31,859 nt of DNA from Abditibacteriaceae bacterium. Its GTDB lineage: Bacteria; Armatimonadota; Abditibacteriia; Abditibacteriales; Abditibacteriaceae. Location of the stretch: the NCBI GenBank assembly GCA_031372065.1, contig JANMKN010000225.1:1-31859 (forward strand), written 5' to 3'. The position numbers and the translations under genes were made by a program. Under the pieces are notes generated by a model, which was not told the origin of the DNA, did no database searches, and saw only the letters and a program-made list of their open reading frames with translations. Shown here piece by piece: positions 9,550 to 18,035 of this stretch (the stretch's first letter is position 1; every line of letters starts with the position of its first letter).

Positions 9550-12012
9550 CTACCTTGGGTCAATGCGTAGCGCGCCTTTGCCGGTGCGCTGGACGATTTC
9601 CTGATTGCCGACGCGAACGGCCACGGCGCAGCCGAGTTCGCCGGTGCGACCCAGCAGCGCGTCGTCGGTGGCTTCGATTTCAAAAGCAATTTCTTTGGTG
9701 TCCTGCGTGAGAACCGGCAGCGGCTCGATGACTTTTAATCCTGTGGGCAGTCCCAGCAGCCTCACCGTTGCATCGCCGGGCATGGCGCCGTTGTGCTGCA
9801 CGCTCCACACGAATTTTTTGCGTTCGCCGCGCCGTATGCTTTCCAGCGTGCTGGACAATTCCACGAAGGGCACCGCCACCGTGAGGCCAATGGTTTCGGA
9901 TGCAAGCGAAAACACACCGGAGTTGTTGGCGGTTTCGTCGCGGGTGTCGTCCTGCCCCACCACCGCCAGAGGCCAGGTGCCCAGCCGCGCGTTGGGGCCA
10001 GCCGAAAGGTGCAGTTCGCCTTCGCTTTGCCCGGCAGGCACCACCACAGGCCCGCCTTTGTCCACGCCTTCGGGCAGCCAGTTCACCTGAAACGACACTG
10101 GCCCTTCGAACCCGGCGCGGCGGGTGATTTTCACTGGAATAACCGCTTCGCCGCCGCGCACCAGCGGCGTGGCGGGCGGAGCCAACTCAATAACAAACGG
10201 CAACGGGTCGGTAACGGCTAAAATAAAGCGATCGAGCCGCACCGTGCGCCAGGCGTCGCCGCCGGAGTGATTGATAAAAGGCACGTTTTGCTGGCAGAAG
10301 CTCTCGATTTTTTTCGTGGCGTCAGTGGGACGGGCTTCCAGCGTAATCACGGCGCTGCACGGCGCTGCATTGGCATCAGCGACGAACTGCACCGGCCAAC
10401 TGCTGGCCCCGGACGGAACGCGGTTGGCCACGAGGCGCACGCCCTGGGGCAGGCCGCTCGCGACAAGTTCCATCTCGCCCTTGAACTGGCTGCCCTGACC
10501 GGAGGCGAGGTTCACCGTCACGGTATGGCTGGCGCCCTGATGCACGGCAAGCGCGGTGGTGCGCGGCGTTTCCACCCAGTCGAAGCCGGTGCTGGCGAGA
10601 TACGTAAAAACGCTGTCGCCCGGCGTGGCGGCTTCGACACGATAAACGCCCAGAGGCGAGCCGTTGCCGCTGGAATCGCTCACTTCCAGCACATAGTCGC
10701 CATCGGCAGGACAGTCCCACACCACCGAAGGGTCGAGAATCTCTTTGAGGCCGCCGCGACTGCGAAACGAGGTGCCAAAAATATCGTGGTCTTGCGGCGT
10801 GGCGTCTTCGGCTTCCAACACCACCGCGTCGGTTTTGCCGTCGGCGCCAACGGCGCGCAGCACTATTTTGGCGTCTATCGGGGAACCTAAGGTGGCAGCG
10901 AAGGCGCGAAATTGCAGGTGATCGCCTTTTTTGGCGCTAAAGCGAAACTTGTCCACTTCGTCAGGCGCGGCGATGATGCCGTTGAGCGCGGCGGGAAGCT
11001 GCACCGCCTGCGCCTCGCCCTGACGGGGGTTTTCCAGCACGTTGGGATAGAGCGACGAGCGCAACGGCACCGCCGAGGGCGCATCTCCATAATAACCAAA
11101 ATCTCCGGTGGTCGCGGGAACCTTGACCGTTTCCGAAAAATCTCCGAGCGCATCGCCTATCAGGCGGATTTTTTCGTCGTGCCCCGCCTGACCTCCGGCG
11201 GGATATGCCACCAATGGCCGGCGAAAGTTGCCGATATGCGCCACGTAGGCCGTGTCGCCGGGCGTAAAAACCGAGCGTTTTATTTCGACGTAGGCTACGC
11301 CGTCGCGCGGCAGTTTCACCGACAACACGGGGTCTTGCAGGTGCAGCGCGTTGTCGTCGTTGTGCGCCAGTTCGCGGCCATTTTCGTCCAAAATACGCAC
11401 CGCCAAATCAAACTCCGAATCGCCAAAATGCGTGTCGCTGATGCGCGCCGAATCCACTTCGACCGACAGGCGCTGCCCTGCGACTGCGGGCACGCGATAA
11501 ACATCGGCCTCGCCTCGCCCTCCCGGCCCCAGACGCCCGCGCACGCTGACGTTGGGCGCAATCGGCGTGGCTTTATCAATGGTGTCGTTGTCGTAGTAGC
11601 CTTTTTCGTTTTCATCAACCAGGGGAAACGGCGTGACGTGAAACGTGCCGATGTTGGAAAGCTCCGTGGCGGTGCGCACGCGAAACGTATGCTCGCCCAG
11701 CGGGCAATCGGGCGCAATTTCGAACTTGCAGCGCATCTGTTCCTGTATAAACCAGCCGTGCGCCAGCCCGACGCGGTTTTGCAGGTTCGGCAGAGGTTCG
11801 ATGCTCACCGCGCGGATGCCCGGCCCGAAGAAAATCACCTCGCGCGGGTCGCGCACAAACGCGCCCTGCACTGTGACTTCCACCGTGGTGCCGCGCTGTC
11901 CCTCGCGCGGCAGCACGCGTTCGACGAGATAAGACGGCTGGCCCGCGACTGCGGGCCAAGGCCGAAACCCGGCGGCGCACGCCAGCGCGATGACGGCAAA
12001 CAAACGTTTCAT
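9550..12012 (-). CDS. Secreted PPC (pre-peptidase C-terminal-like) repeat/Ig-like protein, usually auto-annotated as serine protease
   Basis: Start reassigned to ATG 12012 (MKRLFAVIALACAAG, signal peptide). P.EGQRGTTVEVTVQG, NDTIDKAT, EADVYR, NDD....QDP, LNGII..PDEVDKFRFSAKKG are typical of the PPC proteins in DUF1501/DUF1549 operons. No catalytic protease motif seen. Confidence 0.8.
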   Translation of the reverse strand: MKRLFAVIALACAAGFRPWPAVAGQPSYLVERVLPREGQRGTTVEVTVQGAFVRDPREVIFFGPGIRAVSIEPLPNLQNRVGLAHGWFIQEQMRCKFEIAPDCPLGEHTFRVRTATELSNIGTFHVTPFPLVDENEKGYYDNDTIDKATPIAPNVSVRGRLGPGGRGEADVYRVPAVAGQRLSVEVDSARISDTHFGDSEFDLAVRILDENGRELAHNDDNALHLQDPVLSVKLPRDGVAYVEIKRSVFTPGDTAYVAHIGNFRRPLVAYPAGGQAGHDEKIRLIGDALGDFSETVKVPATTGDFGYYGDAPSAVPLRSSLYPNVLENPRQGEAQAVQLPAALNGIIAAPDEVDKFRFSAKKGDHLQFRAFAATLGSPIDAKIVLRAVGADGKTDAVVLEAEDATPQDHDIFGTSFRSRGGLKEILDPSVVWDCPADGDYVLEVSDSSGNGSPLGVYRVEAATPGDSVFTYLASTGFDWVETPRTTALAVHQGASHTVTVNLASGQGSQFKGEMELVASGLPQGVRLVANRVPSGASSWPVQFVADANAAPCSAVITLEARPTDATKKIESFCQQNVPFINHSGGDAWRTVRLDRFILAVTDPLPFVIELAPPATPLVRGGEAVIPVKITRRAGFEGPVSFQVNWLPEGVDKGGPVVVPAGQSEGELHLSAGPNARLGTWPLAVVGQDDTRDETANNSGVFSLASETIGLTVAVPFVELSSTLESIRRGERKKFVWSVQHNGAMPGDATVRLLGLPTGLKVIEPLPVLTQDTKEIAFEIEATDDALLGRTGELGCAVAVRVGNQEIVQRTGKGALRIDPR

Positions 12013-12028
12013 GGTGAGGCCAAATCGG

Positions 12029-13444
12029 TCAGGCCAGCAAGCCGGGCACGGTTTTGCCCTTGATAATTTCGATGGGCCGCGTGCCAAACGCCAGCAGGCG
12101 CTTGTCGGCGTCGATACCCAGTTGATGATAGATGGTGTGCATCAGATGCTCCAGCGGCAGCGCGTCGCGCGCCGGTTCGGCGCCTGTGGTGTCGCTGGCG
12201 CCGTAGCTCTGTCCGCGCGAGAAGCCGCCGCCCGCAATCAGCATCGAATAGCAGCGCGCCCAGTGGTCGCGCCCGGCGTCTTTGTTGACCTTCGGCGTGC
12301 GGCCAAACTCGGTGGTCACCCATACGATGGTGGTATCCAGCAAACCGCGCTGGTCGAGGTCGGAGATGAGTCCCGCGATACCGTAATCCAGCGCGGGCAT
12401 CTGGTCGAGACATGAACGCTTGGCATCGACGTGACAGTCCCACGCGCCGTAGTTCACCGTCACAAAACGCACGCCCGATTCCACCAGACGCCGCGCCACG
12501 ATGAGCTTTTCGGCCAGTCCCTTCGGGTGAAATTTGTTATCCGGCCCTTTCAAGCCCACCACGTCGCTGCCATAAAGCTTGCGCGTGGCGTCAGTCTCGC
12601 CCTCCAGCGTGAAGGCGGCCTGGGCTTTGGGCGAAGTCAGCAGCGTATACGCTTGCTTGTAGAAATCGTCCATGGTGCCGAGGGTTTCAGGGTCGGACTC
12701 CAGTTCGCGGATGCGGTTTTCCACGATTTGCCGTGCCGTCTGGCGGCGGTCGAATCGCTCCATCGAAACATTGCCGGGAATCGAAAAATCCCGCACTTTG
12801 TAATTGCTGTCGCCAGGGTCGGAGTTGAGTTCAAACGGCGCGTAGCTGCTGCTAAGGAAACCCGTTCCGCCCGCGAAGGCGTTTTTGTTGGGAATCGCCA
12901 CGTAGGGCGGCAATTCACCGCGCCGCCCCAGATCGTGGGAGATAATCGACCCCATTTGCGGGTAGTCGATGACCGAAGACGGCGTGTAACCTGTGAACAA
13001 GTGATAGGTGGCCAACCCGTGGTCGGGAATTTTGCCGACCATACTGCGCAGCACCGTGACTTTGTCGGCGATTTTGGCGGTTTGCGGAAAATTCTCGCTA
13101 AACGCCTCGCCGGTGCGGGATTTGATGACCCCAAACCCACCGCGAATCTCGACCGGCGCTTCGGGTTTGGGGTCGAACGATTCCTGCTGCTGCATCCCGC
13201 CGCCCAGATGGATCTGAATCACGCTGAGCGCCTTGACATCGAGTTTTTTGCCCTTGTCCACCGACGCGGTTTCCTGCGCTGCCTGCGCCTGAAGGCGAAA
13301 CAAATCGCCCATCGACAAGCCTAACGCGCCAAAAACCCCGGCTCGAATCATCTGGCGGCGCGACAGCGAACGAAAGCCCGCACAGCCCTGGTGGTTGGCA
13401 TCGGATTCGGCAGCTTGTTTTTCAGAGTTCCTACGAAGTGACAT
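12029..13444 (-). CDS. DUF1501 family protein (second subfamily)
   Basis: C..F...[14 protein letters not shown] Tat-like leader. [57 protein letters not shown]. Confidence 0.92.
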   Translation of the reverse strand: MSLRRNSEKQAAESDANHQGCAGFRSLSRRQMIRAGVFGALGLSMGDLFRLQAQAAQETASVDKGKKLDVKALSVIQIHLGGGMQQQESFDPKPEAPVEIRGGFGVIKSRTGEAFSENFPQTAKIADKVTVLRSMVGKIPDHGLATYHLFTGYTPSSVIDYPQMGSIISHDLGRRGELPPYVAIPNKNAFAGGTGFLSSSYAPFELNSDPGDSNYKVRDFSIPGNVSMERFDRRQTARQIVENRIRELESDPETLGTMDDFYKQAYTLLTSPKAQAAFTLEGETDATRKLYGSDVVGLKGPDNKFHPKGLAEKLIVARRLVESGVRFVTVNYGAWDCHVDAKRSCLDQMPALDYGIAGLISDLDQRGLLDTTIVWVTTEFGRTPKVNKDAGRDHWARCYSMLIAGGGFSRGQSYGASDTTGAEPARDALPLEHLMHTIYHQLGIDADKRLLAFGTRPIEIIKGKTVPGLLA

Positions 13445-13466
13445 AAAAAGCCTTTGGTCGGCACCT

Positions 13467-14867
13467 TTATTTGGTGCCGTCAGCGTTCCAGAAGCGCACG
13501 CTGCCGGTAGTATCGCCGCCTATGACGGTTTTGGCATCGAACGAAATCGCAGCACAAAGCGGCTGGCTTTCGGGCAGGGCAAAAGCCCTCCGTTCGTTGC
13601 CGTTGGCGTCCCACAGTCTGATGGTGTGATCGCGCCCGGCAGTGGTAAGATTGCCGCTTTGGTCGAAGCGCGCGGAGAGCACGCCATTGGGAATCTTGCC
13701 GTAAACCCCGGAAGGCCGTGCCGGAGGATGCGCGTTGGGTTTCATCACGGCGGGGAAGCCGTCCACCGTGCTCCACCAGATAATCAAGCCATCCTCGCCC
13801 ACCGAAGCCAGCATTTTCGAGTCCGAGCGCCAGTCCAACGCACGCACGCTGGCTTTGTGCTCGGAAAGGGCCAGCAACACGCGCCCGCTTTTGGCTTCCC
13901 ACAGGTGAATGGCGCCCGCGCGGTCGGCGGTGGCGAGTTTTTCGCCGCTGGGACTAAACGCCACAGCGGTGATCCAGTCGGTGTGTTTTTCTATCTTATA
14001 TTGCAGCTTGCCGTCGGTCGTGGAATAAACCTTCACCAACCTACCCGAACCGCCGAGTGCTACCAGTTTCTGGTCGGGGCTGAGGTCGGCGGCCAGCACG
14101 CTGTCGGCTTCGTCGCCTATAACCGCCAGACGCTTGCCGGTTTTCACGTCAAACAGCACTACTTTGCCGGATTCGACAGGACGCCCGCCGCCCACCAGCA
14201 GCACCGCGCCGTCGCGGCTAAAACGTATGACCTGCGGCACGCCTTCGGGGAAAGCCAGTCGCCCAACTTCGGCCTGCGACTGGGTGTTGATGAGGCGCAC
14301 ATGTTCTTGCCCGGCCACCGCCGCCAGCGGCGCCCACGGGCTGGCATCCATCGCCAGAACCGCCAGAGGCCGCAGCGTTGGCGGCGTTTTTACTTCGGCA
14401 AGATTCTCCGGCATCGCGGGCGCCACTGGCTTGCCACCGATTTCAACCACCGGCTTGAAGCTGGTGTCGCTTTGATTTACCAGCGAAGCGCCGCCCGCTG
14501 TTTCGCGCAACCCGCCGTCAATCCATTTTTGAATCAACGCGATTTGCTCTTTGGGCAGCGGCGGCTTTTTTGGCGGCATACGCGCGTCGTCGTCCGGGTC
14601 GGTGATGGCCTTAAAGAGCAGGCTTTGGCTGGAACGTCCGGCTACCACGACCTTGTCGCCGCCGCCCTTGAGCACCGCCGCATAGGAACTGAGGTTGAGG
14701 TTGGCTTTTTGCACCGCATCGCCATGACAGGTGACGCATTGCTGGCGAAAGATAGGCTTGATTTGCTCATCGAAAGATACGGTGTCTTTGTCGTCGGCCC
14801 TCGCTGCGACGGCGAGGAACAGCAGCGAAAAAACGGACACCAGCGCACGCAAAAACTTCATGGGCAT
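13467..14867 (-). CDS. Planctomycete cytochrome c (PSCyt1) + WD40 beta-propeller protein
   Basis: Start ATG 14867 with AGGA a few nt upstream. Signal peptide, then [18 protein letters not shown] and RMPP...I.KWI..G. WD40 repeats ([38 protein letters not shown]). Confidence 0.9.
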   Translation of the reverse strand: MPMKFLRALVSVFSLLFLAVAARADDKDTVSFDEQIKPIFRQQCVTCHGDAVQKANLNLSSYAAVLKGGGDKVVVAGRSSQSLLFKAITDPDDDARMPPKKPPLPKEQIALIQKWIDGGLRETAGGASLVNQSDTSFKPVVEIGGKPVAPAMPENLAEVKTPPTLRPLAVLAMDASPWAPLAAVAGQEHVRLINTQSQAEVGRLAFPEGVPQVIRFSRDGAVLLVGGGRPVESGKVVLFDVKTGKRLAVIGDEADSVLAADLSPDQKLVALGGSGRLVKVYSTTDGKLQYKIEKHTDWITAVAFSPSGEKLATADRAGAIHLWEAKSGRVLLALSEHKASVRALDWRSDSKMLASVGEDGLIIWWSTVDGFPAVMKPNAHPPARPSGVYGKIPNGVLSARFDQSGNLTTAGRDHTIRLWDANGNERRAFALPESQPLCAAISFDAKTVIGGDTTGSVRFWNADGTK

Positions 14868-15172
14868 TTTCGTCCTGTCTACACACACTCACTCATATCC
14901 ACTGTTCCATGCCAGCAAGCGGGCCAGTAGAGTTCACCCAATAAGGTGGACAGTGGAAAAAGTGGAACTGAACCGTCAAACCATCCGAGCAAATAGTTTA
15001 ATCGGGAAGTTCAATAGCAAAGCCTACCGTTTGGTGACTACCTGTGGCAGCAATTTGGACATCACACAAATCTTCATGATGCACTCAATAGCCAGGCTTT
15101 CCAACAACAGGATCATGGCACCGAGGCACCGACCGCGTAACATAAGATGTTCGTTTGGGCGCATATTACAAA

Positions 15173-15388
15173 CTCACCTTACGCAGAACAACGTTTCGAG
15201 TCAAAGCGACCAAAGAAGCGTTGTCATTCTGAGCGCAGTCGAAGAATCTTTTATGCGACGCTGCCACGACAAGATTCTTCGACTGACCTGCCTAGAGGGC
15301 ACCCGCGTTCGTGCCTCACTGCGCTCCGCTCAGAATGACAAACTCTTTTGCTTTTGCGCCCCGCAAAGCTTCTTCTGCGTAAGGTGAG
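15173..15388. mobile_element. MITE-like non-autonomous element, ~216 bp, with perfect TIRs and target-site duplication
   Basis: CTCACCTTACGCAGAA (15173-15188) and its exact reverse complement TTCTGCGTAAGGTGAG (15373-15388), extendable to 18 bp. Flanked by the direct repeat TTACAAA at 15166-15172 and 15389-15395. No coding capacity. Confidence 0.78.
15221..15341. repeat. Long palindromic REP-like repeat (GTCATTCTGAGC...GAAGAATCT / AGATTCTTC...GCTCAGAATGAC type)
   Basis: TTGTCATTCTGAGCG (15221-15235) pairs with CGCTCAGAATGACAA (15327-15341). CAGTCGAAGAATCTT (15236-15250) pairs with AAGATTCTTCGACTG (15271-15285). Confidence 0.85.
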
Positions 15389-15398
15389 TTACAAAGTT

Positions 15399-16892
15399 TC
15401 ATGCCATGAGTGAGGCAATTACATCTCCATGCACGTCGGTGAGGCGTCGCTGAATGCCGTTGTGATAGAAGGTGATTTTTTCGTGGTCGAGGCCAAGTAG
15501 GCGCAGCGCGGTGGCATGAAGATCGTAGCAGTAGGCCGGGTTTTCTTCGGCCTTGAATCCCAGTTCGTCGGTGGTGCCGTAAGCTGTGCCGCCTTTAATG
15601 CCGCCGCCCGCCATCCACGCTGTAAACGCACCGGGATTGTGATCGCGGCCCTTGCCACCCTGCGACGCCGGCTGACGACCGAACTCAGTGGTGCAAATTA
15701 TCAGCGTGCTGTCCAATAAACCCCGCGCTTTGAGGTCGGTGAGCAGCGCCGCAGCGCCGCCGTCGAGAATCGGCCCCCAGTAGCCGTGATCGCGCACCAA
15801 ATCTTCGTGCGAATCCCAGTTTGGCCGAATTTTTTTGCTGCTGGTGTTTTCGGCGCCGCAATAAATCTGCACGAAACGCACACCGCGCTCCACAAGGCGC
15901 CGCGCCAGCAAACATTGCCGCCCGAAGGGGCCGACATCTGCGTGTTCAAGCTGATAAAGCTGTTTCGTCGCCTCGCTTTCTCCCTTGAGGTCAGTCGCGT
16001 CAGGCGCGCTTAGTTGCAATCGCGCCGCCAGTTCATAAGCCGCGATGCGCGCTTCCAGTTCGGAGTTGCCGGGCCGCGCGGCGGCGTGATTGCTGTTGAG
16101 TGTTCGCAAAAAGTCGCGCTCTGCGCGTTCGTCGGCATCGCTCTGCGCGAAATCTTTGGGCGGAAACAAATCGGCGATGGGCGAACGCGCGGCGTCGGTT
16201 TCCATCGTGGTGCCCTGATAAACAGCAGGCAAAAACCCGGCGCCCCAGTTAATAACCCCACCGGGCGGCAAACCGCGCGGATCGGGCAGCACTACGAAGG
16301 CGGGCAGGTTGTCGCTGAGACTGCCCAGCCCGTAAGTCACCCACGCGCCCATGCTGGGAAAACCCGGCAAAATGAAGCCGCTGTTGGCCATGAACATCGC
16401 CGGGCCGTGCAACGCCGATTTGCTCTGCATCGAATGCAAAAACGCGATGTCGTCCACGCAGAGCGCGAGTTTCGGGAACAAATCGCTCATCCACCGACCG
16501 CACTGGCCATATTGCTTAAACGGCCAGTAACTTCCCTGACAGTTGCCCGGTTTGGATGCGAAAAATATGACTTTGCCGTCAGCGTCGAACGGTTGCCCGG
16601 TGCGTTTGGCGAGTTCAGGCTTGTAATCCCACGAATCAATGTGGCTGAGGCCGCCAGGACAGAAAATCTGAATCACCGCTTTGGCTTTGGCCGGAAGCAG
16701 CGGCGTTTTGGCCGCCAGAGGATTGCGCGCAGCGGTTTCCCGCGCTGCTTCCGCAGCGGCAGCTCTGGCGCTTTCTTCGCCGAGTAGAGCTGCCAGTGCC
16801 ACGCCACCCAGACCGCCGCCGAGTTGCCAGAGAAAATCGCGACGCGAAACCGCGCCTTCGCGTCGTCGGCAGGGAAAAGCATCTTGATTCAT
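15399..16892 (-). CDS. DUF1501 family protein
   Basis: Start reassigned to ATG 16892 (MNQDAFPCRRREGAVSRRDFLWQLGGGLGGVAL, Tat motif). AKAVIQIFCPGGLSHIDSWDYKP, WDSH, EFGRQP, GRDHN, DLHAT. Confidence 0.93.
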   Translation of the reverse strand: MNQDAFPCRRREGAVSRRDFLWQLGGGLGGVALAALLGEESARAAAAEAARETAARNPLAAKTPLLPAKAKAVIQIFCPGGLSHIDSWDYKPELAKRTGQPFDADGKVIFFASKPGNCQGSYWPFKQYGQCGRWMSDLFPKLALCVDDIAFLHSMQSKSALHGPAMFMANSGFILPGFPSMGAWVTYGLGSLSDNLPAFVVLPDPRGLPPGGVINWGAGFLPAVYQGTTMETDAARSPIADLFPPKDFAQSDADERAERDFLRTLNSNHAAARPGNSELEARIAAYELAARLQLSAPDATDLKGESEATKQLYQLEHADVGPFGRQCLLARRLVERGVRFVQIYCGAENTSSKKIRPNWDSHEDLVRDHGYWGPILDGGAAALLTDLKARGLLDSTLIICTTEFGRQPASQGGKGRDHNPGAFTAWMAGGGIKGGTAYGTTDELGFKAEENPAYCYDLHATALRLLGLDHEKITFYHNGIQRRLTDVHGDVIASLMA

Positions 16893-16963
16893 GGTGATAA
16901 CATTTGACCACGCTACGCAGTGCATAAGGCGCGAAAGCCAGACGGAATCTATAAACTGAATTT

Positions 16964-17245
16964 ATGCCCTATGTGCTCATTATTCATGAAGTCGCAGATT
17001 ATGCCGTTTGGAAAAAAGTCTTCGACGGCGCCGCCGGAATTCGTCATGAGGCGGGCGAACGCTCCTATCAAGTGCTGAAATTTCAAGGCGACCCCAACAA
17101 AATTGTGCATTTTTCGGCGTGGACTTCGCTGGAAGCCGCGCGCCGCTTTTTCGAATCGCCCGAACTGGTGTGCATCCGCGCCCAAGCGGGCGTTAAGGCG
17201 CCGGAGTTTATTTATCTGGAACAGCTCGAAGCGGGCACACTTTAA
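16964..17245 (+). CDS. Small ABM/dimeric alpha-beta barrel protein (antibiotic biosynthesis monooxygenase/cyclase-like)
   Basis: 93 aa. H.V.DY..WK.VFD.....R..AGE.SYQV....DPN.IV...W.S.E.AR.FF.SPEL...R..AGV..P pattern. Confidence 0.8.
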   Translation: MPYVLIIHEVADYAVWKKVFDGAAGIRHEAGERSYQVLKFQGDPNKIVHFSAWTSLEAARRFFESPELVCIRAQAGVKAPEFIYLEQLEAGTL

Positions 17246-17260
17246 AACCTTTGGTGAACT

Positions 17261-17947
17261 ATGATTCCTGCTGAAACTGAGCGACTCTGGGCCGACTACC
17301 TTGCTACGGAGCAGGTGCGTATCCGACAGCACTCCACAGAAGCGTTGGAGAGCTTCATTAACGCGCTGTTACTACTTCCTGCCGAAGTCTGGCAGCCGTG
17401 GGCACAGCAATTTGCACAGCGTGTCGTAGATAAGCAAGAAGACACGCCGATCCGCTTTCCATTATTCCGTGCAGTTATCTTTCCGGCGTTACTCACGGGG
17501 ATGGAAAATGCCGTTCCGGGTTCTGCTCGCTGCCTGGCGGGTTTGGCACAGTTGCTTTACAAGTCCCCAGCTTGTCTGGAACAGTTGCCAGAGAATCAGC
17601 GCACCGAATATGGTCTGCTGTTACGCGCCACCCATGACGATCCCAACGATACGAGTGCAAAGAGGCGCCTTCTGATTTTAATGCGCTCCCGGTTCGATTA
17701 TGCTCTGCACGAACTTCCATGCGGCGTGCTTTACGGGCATAACGGTGCGACAATAGGACAATGCGACGAACTTTTGGAAGAGCTTGCCGATTACGAGAAG
17801 CTTGCGGGCGATTTTGGTTTAGAGACAGAGGATCAAGAGCTGATCGCTGAAGCACTCTTTCATATTCCGGCATATCGGCGTTACTTGTCGGAGCGCGCAC
17901 TCCACACCAATTACGAGGCGTTTTTGTCCGGCTATGAATCCACCTGA
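17261..17947 (+). CDS. Hypothetical all-alpha cytoplasmic protein
   Basis: 228-aa ORF with ATG start 15 nt after the ABM gene. Helical composition with a YALHELPCGVLYG motif. No recognised family. Confidence 0.7.
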   Translation: MIPAETERLWADYLATEQVRIRQHSTEALESFINALLLLPAEVWQPWAQQFAQRVVDKQEDTPIRFPLFRAVIFPALLTGMENAVPGSARCLAGLAQLLYKSPACLEQLPENQRTEYGLLLRATHDDPNDTSAKRRLLILMRSRFDYALHELPCGVLYGHNGATIGQCDELLEELADYEKLAGDFGLETEDQELIAEALFHIPAYRRYLSERALHTNYEAFLSGYEST

Positions 17948-18035
17948 CTAAGACCGCTGGTTCCTCGGAATATTCACTGCGCTTGAAATGCCCCTATCCA
18001 TAATTATTGCGTGATTTTGCCTCGCAAAACGCATC

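Noticed and set aside
9550..12012. Active serine protease
   Set aside because: Only PPC/Ig-like segments are seen; no subtilisin (GTSMA) or trypsin (GDSGG) catalytic motif.
13395..14930. 511-aa plus-strand ORF and other long shadow ORFs (e.g. 10912-12063, 12431-13324, 19971-20924, 28946-30079, 1342-2151)
   Set aside because: They lie antisense to well-supported genes, are expected from GC-rich codon bias and show no recognisable motifs.
14731..15387. 218-aa plus-strand ORF crossing the intergenic region
   Set aside because: It overlaps the WD40 gene antisense and runs through the MITE and palindrome; composition is not protein-like.
16893..18035. Integron cassette array explaining the opposite-strand passenger genes
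   Set aside because: No attC-like RYYYAAC...GTTRRRY palindromes between the genes and no integrase in the window.
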